IMG/VR virus record: IMGVR_UViG_3300043185_000046
Location: 1 to 33,332 of that record
DNA length: 33,332 nt
Direction: 5' to 3' (one strand)
Source of the DNA: a virus
Lineage: Duplodnaviria; Caudoviricetes
Part shown: positions 8,050-15,883 of the stretch, piece after piece
Numbering within the stretch: position 1 is the stretch's first letter
How the letters are laid out: each line of letters opens with the position of its first letter
Program-made: the position numbers and the translations under genes
The notes under the pieces: model-generated
Database searches by the model: none
What the model saw: the letters and a program-made list of their open reading frames with translations, nothing else
What the model was told of the DNA's origin: nothing

Positions 8050-10320
8050 ATGGAATCTGAATATCCATTGAACCCTTTGGTTCAGGCCTGGCTGAAGAAG
8101 ATCAAGCTGGCCAAAGAGTTCAAGAAGAAGCATTTCCAGGACGACGCCGACACGGCGATGAAGTTCTTCACTTGTGGTGAAGAACTCAACGAGATGCTCT
8201 GGAGTCGCAACCGCATCAAGGGCGGGCTGGATGAAGAGGAGGATCTGCCCGCCCCGCGTTTTCGGATTTTGGTGGGGAAGGTGTCCGAGCTTGTCCAGCT
8301 ATTCGGGCCATCACTCTATCACCGGAACCCGACCATCATTGTCGAGCCAAAGACGCTCGACATCCCGCCCGACCTGCTGATGGCAATTACGCCGCCGGAG
8401 GTGATCCAACAAGCACAGATGGCAGCCCAGCAGGCCGGGCAGGAATTCTCAGCCGCGTCTCTGTTTCCGCCAGACCCGATCGAGATGCAGAACAAGATCG
8501 TCTCCCTGCTTCTCCAGTACTACCTTGACTACATTCAGCGGGAGAATGACAAGAAGACTCACGCCCGCCGGATGATCGACGAGGCCCTGATCAAGGGGGC
8601 CGGCGTCCTGTGGACCGAGAGCTATCAGCCCTACAAAGAGGGGCCAACTCTCATCGGCTCGTTCTACGACACGGTTGACAACCTGATCGTGGACCCGGAC
8701 GCCGAGACGCTTGACGAGTGTAAGTGGATAGCCAGAAAGTGCTGCCACCCTGTGTGGGAGGTCGTTGACACGTATGGCCTTGACAAGGAGTTCATCGAAC
8801 GGAAGTACGGCACGCATGAATCAACCAACACTCTCGGAGAGAGGCTGGTCGAGGAAGACGCCAAGGGGGAGAAGGTTGGCAAGAGCAACGATCTGATCGA
8901 GTACTGGAAGATCTATTCACGCATGGGTATCGGTGCCAGGCTGTCGGGCATCAAGGGGATGGATGAGCTTGAGGAGGCGCTCGAGTCGTTCGGAGACAAC
9001 TGTTACATCGTGATTGCCAGCAAGGTGCCGTACCCCCTCAACCTGCACAAGGGGATGATCACGAACATGCTGGAGGCTGCCGGGACCGACGACTCCGAGG
9101 CGGCGTTCGATGCGGCGTTCCGCTCCGTCCAGTGGCCGATTCCGTTCTGGTCAGACGATCAGTGGCCCGTGACATGTCTTGCGTTTCACGAACAGCCGAA
9201 CAACCCGTGGCCCGTCAGTCATATAAAGCCCGGTCTTGGGTATCTGGAGTTCATTACCTGGTGCATGAGCTTCCTGACCAACAAGCTCAGGACCACCTGC
9301 GCCACTGTCGCCTCGTGCATGAAGGCCCTGGGAGAGGAGGCGATCAAGGAACTGTTCTCGGGCAAGGACTTCAGGCTCATCCCCGTTGAGGCCGGCCTGA
9401 TCCCTGATGGAGACATCAAGAAAGCCGTCCACTTCTTCCCAATGCCCGAGTTCAACGCCGATATATGGCGTGTTCTTGAGGCAGTGTTCGAGTTGTTCGA
9501 CAAGGCGACCGGCTTGACAGAACTGGCGTATGGCATGCAAGGCGGCATGCGGTCGGCCACGGAGGTTCAGGTCAAGGAGGGCAACAGGTCGGTACGTCCC
9601 GACGATATGTCGAACAAGGTGGAAGACACGATGAGTCTCATAGCCCGCAAGGAGGCGATGGCGGCGAGGTGGTTGCTGGACGGTCAGGCCGTTGCTCCAG
9701 TTCTGGGCCAGCGTGGGGCTGCCCTGTGGGAGCAGTTCGTCATGTCGGGCGAGATCGAGAAGGTCGCCAGGGAGTTCCACTACCGGGTCGAGGCAGGTTC
9801 AAGCCGCAAGCCGAACAAGGAGACTCGCGTCGCGCAGATGAATCAGGCGCTGCAGCAGTGGGGGCATTTGATTCAGTGGGGCCTTCAGACTGGCAACGTG
9901 AACCTCGTCAACGCCTTCCTGGATGACTGGGGCAAGGCGATGGACGTAGAGGTCGGCAAGTACCTGTTGCCGCCGCCCCCGCCCCCGCCTCCGAATCCTC
10001 TGGCTCAGAAGATCGAGGCCGAGATGCAGCTTAAGCAGCAGGAAGGGCAGATCAAGCAGCAGGATGCGGCCATCAGGCAGCAGGAAGCCCAGATGCGTCA
10101 GGCCCAGATGGCACAGACGATACAGGCTCAGCAGGCCAAGGCTCAGATGGATATGCAGAAGCAGGCGGCTGAGATGGCCATGAGCCAGCAACAGATGAAT
10201 CTTGAACAGTTACAGACTGTGAATCAACTCCAGGCCGATCAAGTGAAGGCTGGCATTGATATCCAGAAAGCCAGAGCACAAGCGGCAGCCGCCAAGCAGA
10301 AGTCCAAGGGCAAGAAATGA
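8050..10320 (+). CDS. Portal protein (podovirus/P22-like) with poly-Pro hinge and Q-rich C-terminal extension
   Basis: 756 aa after TerL. Motifs LIKGAGV, VDNLIVDPDA, WIA, TGLTELAYG...SATE, YRVEAGS. Confidence 0.88.
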   Translation: MESEYPLNPLVQAWLKKIKLAKEFKKKHFQDDADTAMKFFTCGEELNEMLWSRNRIKGGLDEEEDLPAPRFRILVGKVSELVQLFGPSLYHRNPTIIVEPKTLDIPPDLLMAITPPEVIQQAQMAAQQAGQEFSAASLFPPDPIEMQNKIVSLLLQYYLDYIQRENDKKTHARRMIDEALIKGAGVLWTESYQPYKEGPTLIGSFYDTVDNLIVDPDAETLDECKWIARKCCHPVWEVVDTYGLDKEFIERKYGTHESTNTLGERLVEEDAKGEKVGKSNDLIEYWKIYSRMGIGARLSGIKGMDELEEALESFGDNCYIVIASKVPYPLNLHKGMITNMLEAAGTDDSEAAFDAAFRSVQWPIPFWSDDQWPVTCLAFHEQPNNPWPVSHIKPGLGYLEFITWCMSFLTNKLRTTCATVASCMKALGEEAIKELFSGKDFRLIPVEAGLIPDGDIKKAVHFFPMPEFNADIWRVLEAVFELFDKATGLTELAYGMQGGMRSATEVQVKEGNRSVRPDDMSNKVEDTMSLIARKEAMAARWLLDGQAVAPVLGQRGAALWEQFVMSGEIEKVAREFHYRVEAGSSRKPNKETRVAQMNQALQQWGHLIQWGLQTGNVNLVNAFLDDWGKAMDVEVGKYLLPPPPPPPPNPLAQKIEAEMQLKQQEGQIKQQDAAIRQQEAQMRQAQMAQTIQAQQAKAQMDMQKQAAEMAMSQQQMNLEQLQTVNQLQADQVKAGIDIQKARAQAAAAKQKSKGKK

Positions 10321-10910
10321 AGATTACTCGTACGGCAACGCTCGTGGGTGGAGTGATGGTCTACGATCCGCCCTACACGGATGAGGAGCTTAGAGCGCAG
10401 GCCCTGTCGTTTCAGGAGATGCTCAAGTCCAGACGCGCTCCAGTCATGAAGGGGAGCGACCGGGCCTTCCTTGAGGGGGACGTAATACACCACGGGCTGC
10501 AAGGAATCAGGCGGGACATGGCCGAGCATATGGTTGCCGAGGCCAGGCGCGCGGGAATCAACATCACCGGCAAGGTTTACAAGGGTGGGCTGGCCGACCA
10601 ACGAGGGCCGGCGGACCCAGAGGCGTGGGTGGGCAGCACGGACGACGTACTCGCCGTGTGCAAGCGGAAGAAGTTACGCTGCAACGGGATAGTTCACTAC
10701 GAGCCGCCGCCAGCGCCACCGCCTCCAGACGTTCCCCTCGCACCGCACATTGTTGAAGACCTTGCCAGAGAGTACATTGCAGAAGACCCCGATCTCTCTC
10801 GAAAGCCTATCCAGGAAATCAGGGAGATGGTGATCGACAAGCACGGGACGCCTTCAAAATTCAGAAACCCGCCGAAGAAGAAGTCATACGACGACGTGCC
10901 AGACCCGTGA
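10317..10910 (+). CDS. Hypothetical phage protein
   Basis: ATGA overlap with portal stop. DPEAWV...C.RK.L.C.G.V motif. Confidence 0.7.
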   Translation: MKITRTATLVGGVMVYDPPYTDEELRAQALSFQEMLKSRRAPVMKGSDRAFLEGDVIHHGLQGIRRDMAEHMVAEARRAGINITGKVYKGGLADQRGPADPEAWVGSTDDVLAVCKRKKLRCNGIVHYEPPPAPPPPDVPLAPHIVEDLAREYIAEDPDLSRKPIQEIREMVIDKHGTPSKFRNPPKKKSYDDVPDP

Positions 10911-10913
10911 CCT

Positions 10914-12062
10914 ATGGCATCAACAATCATCTATACGTATTCGGATGTCGTTGAGCATTTGCTCGACTGGGTGGGGGTTACGTCTACCGACGCAGTGCTG
11001 CTTCGCAAGGTTAAGCGGGCGATTGAGGCAGCATACCGGGAGATGCCGAACCTCAAGAACTGGACCTACTACATGGTAGCCGGGGCCAGGCTGAGCACGG
11101 TTGCATCTTACAACACGGGCACTATTGCATACACTAATAGTACGAGAACCGTGACGCTGACGAGCGGAACGTGGCCCACCTGGGCAAAGTACGGCGTGTT
11201 GCGGATAGCAGACGTGGACTACGAGGTCGAGTCTCGCGAGTCATCCACATCGCTAACGCTGTCCATCAACAAGAACCCTGGGGCCGACGTTTCTTCTGGC
11301 ACATCGTACCTGATCTACAGGGACACCTACCCTCTGCCTGTCAACTTCGCGGCGATGGGCATGATCAGGGATGCCGAGAACAGCACCATCCTTGAGTACG
11401 TTGCCCCATCAGACTTCGTGATGTGCCGGCCTATCGGCCAATCTCCCACACAACCACTGTTCTACACGGTAGTTCAGGACCATAACTACGTTGGTTCGAT
11501 GGCGATACGGTTCCCTCTCCCGCCAGACGCCATCTACAACTTCGATTACACGTACCGCAGGATTCCACGGCAGTTGCTGGTCTACACTTACAGCACTGGA
11601 TCTGTCACCACGAGCGGCGTGGGCGTTACGGGGACTGGAACAACATGGACCAGGGCCATGTGCGGATGTGTCATCAGGTTTACGACCAGCACGACGACGG
11701 CAGTCACCGGCACATCGGGCACCAACCCGTACACCGAGATGCGCATGATCACCGAGTTTACCAACGCTACCACCCTGGAGATTGATCAGGCCCTGAACTC
11801 AGATCTGACTGGGGTAAAGTACGAGATATCAGACCCGATCGACATTGAGTCGGGCGCAATGTACACGGCATTTCTCAGGCGGTGCGAGTGCGAACTGGGG
11901 AAGATGCTGAACAGGAGTGACGTGCCGCGTCTTGAGTCGCAGCAGAGGATGTCCGACCTGGTGGCGATGGAATCTGACAACAGGATCTTCGACGAACGGC
12001 CAAGCGGCGGGTACTGGCAGCGAGTTCCCCAGACGTGGACCATCACGAACGATACAGACTGA
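10914..12062 (+). CDS. Head-tail adaptor / tail tubular protein A-like with inserted beta domains
   Basis: N-terminal helices, YPLPVNF, P..PDAIY..DYTYRR pattern of podoviral adaptors. T/G-rich insertions. Confidence 0.7.
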   Translation: MASTIIYTYSDVVEHLLDWVGVTSTDAVLLRKVKRAIEAAYREMPNLKNWTYYMVAGARLSTVASYNTGTIAYTNSTRTVTLTSGTWPTWAKYGVLRIADVDYEVESRESSTSLTLSINKNPGADVSSGTSYLIYRDTYPLPVNFAAMGMIRDAENSTILEYVAPSDFVMCRPIGQSPTQPLFYTVVQDHNYVGSMAIRFPLPPDAIYNFDYTYRRIPRQLLVYTYSTGSVTTSGVGVTGTGTTWTRAMCGCVIRFTTSTTTAVTGTSGTNPYTEMRMITEFTNATTLEIDQALNSDLTGVKYEISDPIDIESGAMYTAFLRRCECELGKMLNRSDVPRLESQQRMSDLVAMESDNRIFDERPSGGYWQRVPQTWTITNDTD

Positions 12063-12063
12063 C

Positions 12064-12243
12064 ATGGAACGCCCCAAAGCACGCGAAGAGATGCGGGACT
12101 TCCCGGGTATTTTCATCCAGGTAGACCCGTACGACCTGCCACAAGGCGGAGGTCAGGACCAACTCAACGTAAAGTCTGACGAGCAGGGCAAGCTGTCTGT
12201 TAGAATGGGGATGCTGCCCGTCTCTTTTGATTACTCAGCGTGA
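12064..12243 (+). CDS. 59-aa protein resembling the N-terminal segment of podoviral nozzle/stabilisation proteins
   Basis: ATG 1 nt after adaptor stop. DFPG....DPYDL......NV....GKLSVRMG. Confidence 0.65.
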   Translation: MERPKAREEMRDFPGIFIQVDPYDLPQGGGQDQLNVKSDEQGKLSVRMGMLPVSFDYSA

Positions 12244-12246
12244 CTT

Positions 12247-12390
12247 ATGCCATGGGCCGTCCGAAAACAGGGGAAGAAATGGGTCATCGTCAAAAAGACG
12301 ACGGGGGAAGTTGTGGGACACAGCGACTCACAAGAAAAAGCGCTGGCAAGCGTAAGAGCAAGGTACGCCAGCGAAAGAAAAAAGAACTGA
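12247..12390 (+). CDS. 47-aa basic phage protein (absent from ORF track)
   Basis: Hand translation: MPWAVRKQGKKWVIVKKTTGEVVGHSDSQEKALASVRARYASERKKN. Resembles a common small phage protein pattern. Confidence 0.75.
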   Translation: MPWAVRKQGKKWVIVKKTTGEVVGHSDSQEKALASVRARYASERKKN

Positions 12391-12527
12391 ACCCATACGA
12401 GATCAGGAAGTTGTGGGGTCGCCCGTTCATCGTTGACAAGTCCACCGGTAAGACTGTCGCCGAGATGAATTGCCGACACATAGTCGAGGAAACAATCAGG
12501 CAGATCTGTTCAGCTATGCGTGAGTAA
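12378..12527 (+). other. Candidate -1 programmed frameshift site (A_AAA_AAG, 12378-12384) and -1 frame extension
   Basis: In-frame slippery heptamer one codon before the stop. The -1 frame encodes NPYEIRKLWGRPFIVDKSTGKTVA, similar to the upstream protein. Confidence 0.5.
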
Positions 12528-12529
12528 CA

Positions 12530-12838
12530 ATGTACTACGGACCAGTTGCGATCGGCAGCACGTCGTTTGCGTTCCAGACAGTCACCACCAGCGGGACGGG
12601 GGTGCCGACTGCGGCTGACGCCTCGCCCACTTACGCCATCTTCTCAACAAGTTCGGATACTGCACTATTGAGCGGCACGATGACAGCGGTGTCAGGGGCA
12701 ACAGGTCAGTACAAGGCCACCTCTCTGAGCATCACTGTCGCCAACGGTTTTGCGGCAGGCGGAACTTACTTCATCACAGTGCGGTATGCGATCTCGGGAA
12801 CTAACAGGGTCAACCAGCACACATTTACAGCCGTCTGA
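12530..12838 (+). CDS. Small beta-rich virion protein
   Basis: T/S/G/A rich. G.P.A.DA.PT..I motif shared with the next gene. Confidence 0.7.
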   Translation: MYYGPVAIGSTSFAFQTVTTSGTGVPTAADASPTYAIFSTSSDTALLSGTMTAVSGATGQYKATSLSITVANGFAAGGTYFITVRYAISGTNRVNQHTFTAV

Positions 12839-13278
12839 TGCTGTTTCTCGATGACTCCTATTACTATGGAGCGTACGTTCTTGGAGATCATGTGCCGGTC
12901 AGCATGGTCTGCACGAGCACGGCAGGGGTCCCGTCAGCCCCCACTGCCGCGCCAACGATGTCGATTTACACGGACGACGGTACGCTCGTTCTCTCTCGCT
13001 CCATTCCACCTCTTTTGCGGTACACGCAGACCGGATTGTTCCATTACGACCAGCCGCTCAACTCGTCGTTCTCCACTGGCCGATACGTCGTGCGATTTGA
13101 CTACGTTGTCAGTGGAAGCAACAGGGCGGCGCTTGGCTGTTTTGTCGTGCGAGCCGGAGGACACACATCAGGGCAGCACATTGCGATGGCATACATTGAC
13201 AGGCCAGACCAGAACGACTGGATTGTCACTCAAACCGACCAGGGTTCGGTAAAGATTCACAGAGGCCCATCACTCTAG
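12838..13278 (+). CDS. Small beta-rich virion protein, probable paralog of 12530-12838
   Basis: TGATG overlap. GVPSAPTAAPTMSIY and G.Y.V...Y.VSG.NR align with the preceding gene. Confidence 0.7.
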   Translation: MLFLDDSYYYGAYVLGDHVPVSMVCTSTAGVPSAPTAAPTMSIYTDDGTLVLSRSIPPLLRYTQTGLFHYDQPLNSSFSTGRYVVRFDYVVSGSNRAALGCFVVRAGGHTSGQHIAMAYIDRPDQNDWIVTQTDQGSVKIHRGPSL

Positions 13279-13285
13279 GTGTCAC

Positions 13286-13735
13286 ATGGCAGGGTTATAT
13301 TTCACGGTCAAGCCAGCCGCAGTTATCACTCTGGTTGCATCGGCCACCAGAACACTTCTTCAGGTTATCGCCCCATCGAACCACCGCGTGCTCGTGCATC
13401 GGCTGGAGATTTCGTTCAACGGCGTCACTGCCGCCGACCCGCCAGCCCTTCTGGAGTTGTTGATTCAGACGACAGCCGGCACGATGTCGGCATTGACTCC
13501 GGTGCCGGACGACGCCACGTATGACGAGACCATTCAGTCCACGGCCCAGCATACGGCCACCTCGGAGCCAACCGCCAGCACAATCAAGTGGGCTGGATAC
13601 AGCCACACCCAGAACGGGCTGATCATCCCTGGCCCGTGGGTGATACCAGGCGGAACGAGGCTCGGGCTGCGGTACACTACCGGCACGATCACTGGCACAG
13701 TCACCACGGCGCCACTCCTCAGATGCGAGGAGTGA
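13286..13735 (+). CDS. Putative virion protein
   Basis: 149 aa, beta-rich, in the structural operon. Confidence 0.7.
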   Translation: MAGLYFTVKPAAVITLVASATRTLLQVIAPSNHRVLVHRLEISFNGVTAADPPALLELLIQTTAGTMSALTPVPDDATYDETIQSTAQHTATSEPTASTIKWAGYSHTQNGLIIPGPWVIPGGTRLGLRYTTGTITGTVTTAPLLRCEE

Positions 13736-13738
13736 TCC

Positions 13739-13921
13739 ATGTCGGTCGTACTCAGGGACAGCCGAAAACGCGCGGCAATCGAGATCCTCGCATCCCATGC
13801 CGAGGCAGCCAGAAGAGACAGGCTGCGGCTCGACCTATACCAGATTGCATACCGCCGGGAGCAGCACAAGCTGCAAAGCAACCCCGCGTCTGCCGTCACG
13901 CAGACGCACTACAGGAGGTGA
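13739..13921 (+). CDS. Hypothetical 60-aa protein
   Basis: RBS gaggag upstream. Fills the gap exactly. Confidence 0.55.
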   Translation: MSVVLRDSRKRAAIEILASHAEAARRDRLRLDLYQIAYRREQHKLQSNPASAVTQTHYRR

Positions 13922-13924
13922 GCG

Positions 13925-15883
13925 GTGGACTTTCTGGAAATGCTGGGAGTTGCGGCTGACGCGCTCGACTACCCAGGCCGCAAGATACGCGGGTGGCTGG
14001 GCGGCACGGATGGCATGTCCGGGCGTGAGCTACTTGAACAATACGGCATTGTCGGGCCCAACACAGATCAAGGCTGGGTGCCAGATATGGGAGATCTGGC
14101 AGGCTATGCGGTAGATGTCGCCACCGACCCCATCTCGTATATCCCGTTCGGTGCATTAGCGGGCGCTATGGGGTTGAAGTCGGCCCGGATGGGGGCCAAG
14201 ACAGCCGCGTTGGCATCGAGTGCCACTCCGCCACCAACTGCGATCAGCCAACTGCGTCCGATGGCTGAAGAACTCCGGCGCATCGGGCCGGCGTTACTGC
14301 CAGCACCAGAGCCCGACTGGTATTGGCGCATACATCGCGCGGCGGAGCAGTTGCCGAAGCGACCATTCAACCCGCACGAGCTTGAAAAGCGGCTGAAGTC
14401 AGCCAAGGAGGGGATAGCGGGCGGTGAATACTACGGCTTCCGCATGCCAGAGCTTGTCGAGCAAGCCACGACAAACCTCAACAGGGACGACGTGCTACGG
14501 TGGATAGAACGAGTTGGTCACAACCCGCTCTCAATCGAGGCCAGACAATCCGGCCCGACCAATTTGCCATCCATATTCCGGTCCATAGCAGATCAAATTT
14601 ATGGAACCGACATTTCTGATTGGCACCGTCGAGAACAGTACACGTTGCCAGGCGGCAGTGATTACTCGATGGCTGTCGCTAAGTGGCTGCCTAATAAATT
14701 CGAAAACTACGGCATAGACGATGTTTACAACATGCTTAGGAGTCAAGCCCGGTCGCACTACGACATGCCCGGCGACTTCCTGAGACTACGCGCCAAGATG
14801 CGCGACGTGCCGGGCCTGGGCCGAATTCCGGTGATGGAGGAAATGCAGTCGGACCTTCTTCAGGCTTATGCCAAGCCACATCATAGGCTCGGCTCTGTCT
14901 TTGACGCGATAAATTATCGGCCTCCGTCTACTGCTATGAAGGCGGCAGATGCTCTTAACAAGTCCATGCCAGTCAGTTCAGTAAGAAAGAATATACAACC
15001 GCTGATCGATGACATGTCACACTTCATAAAGCGCATCAGTAACGCCCGAATGGAGAATGCGCGCGCCATCAACGCCAACATTCGCAACCCCAATGAACTA
15101 GAACAGGCGTTGCATGCTATTGCGTCCATCGAAAGCCGGTATCAACAGGTAGTCGATTCACTCGCGGACGGTGTAGCCCAGAATCGCTGGTCGCCTGAGC
15201 TTCCACTCGCTTCATGGGCCGTGGGAGAACTCGCTCTAGAAATGAAAGGGATCGACCCGCAGAGATATGCTAAGCATATTCGCGCGCTAGATAATATTTA
15301 TGACGCGATTACAGGTGCGTACGATGCCGCATACACGATGCCGTACAGGCATAATGCCGTTATAGCGAGGGAAACCGTCCCGTTTCTGGACGACTGGGAG
15401 CGTCTAGGGATGAAGATGCTGGCCAAGGCCGCCGCCAAGGAGGGCCATCCGGCGTTCGGGTGGCAGCCTGGCAGAACGATGGCGTACTGGGCTACTGGTG
15501 CCGGCGGGAGAGAGCGGCCCAAGTTGATCGCCGGCCTCCAGAAGCACAGCGACGAGACGCTCGTAAATATCATGAATAAGCTGGGAAGGCAGTACGGCGG
15601 CGGTCAGGTGACGAGGGGTGGGCTTGGCGAGACCGCTCTCGATCTCGCATCGCTCACTCCTGACCGTGCGCCCACAGATGCACTAACGCTTCCGTTCTTC
15701 ATGGAACAGCCAGCGTCTTTGATGAAGCGATTTCCATTAGAGAATGATGCTCGCTACCCGTTCTTCCAGTTCAACATCAGCCCCGAAGCCAGAAAGAAGC
15801 TTGTGCGTTCGCTCCCGTACATGTCGCTGCTTCCGGTGGCTGGGCTGGGTGACTATCTGTATAACGAGAATCAAGGTGCATAG
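13925..15883 (+). CDS. Putative internal virion protein: shared N-terminal module plus polyvalent-protein-type domain
   Basis: RBS ggaggt, GTG start. LDYPGR..RG / SG.ELLE..G / DP module, then YTLPGG..Y, SHY, LRLR, EEMQSD, PF...W..L.MK...AA.EG. Confidence 0.7.
   Translation: MDFLEMLGVAADALDYPGRKIRGWLGGTDGMSGRELLEQYGIVGPNTDQGWVPDMGDLAGYAVDVATDPISYIPFGALAGAMGLKSARMGAKTAALASSATPPPTAISQLRPMAEELRRIGPALLPAPEPDWYWRIHRAAEQLPKRPFNPHELEKRLKSAKEGIAGGEYYGFRMPELVEQATTNLNRDDVLRWIERVGHNPLSIEARQSGPTNLPSIFRSIADQIYGTDISDWHRREQYTLPGGSDYSMAVAKWLPNKFENYGIDDVYNMLRSQARSHYDMPGDFLRLRAKMRDVPGLGRIPVMEEMQSDLLQAYAKPHHRLGSVFDAINYRPPSTAMKAADALNKSMPVSSVRKNIQPLIDDMSHFIKRISNARMENARAINANIRNPNELEQALHAIASIESRYQQVVDSLADGVAQNRWSPELPLASWAVGELALEMKGIDPQRYAKHIRALDNIYDAITGAYDAAYTMPYRHNAVIARETVPFLDDWERLGMKMLAKAAAKEGHPAFGWQPGRTMAYWATGAGGRERPKLIAGLQKHSDETLVNIMNKLGRQYGGGQVTRGGLGETALDLASLTPDRAPTDALTLPFFMEQPASLMKRFPLENDARYPFFQFNISPEARKKLVRSLPYMSLLPVAGLGDYLYNENQGA

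Noticed and set aside
12240-12377. N-terminal half of the track ORF 12240-12527
   Set aside because: The overlapping frame from ATG 12247 gives a more protein-like product. Only the part after 12378 looks real.
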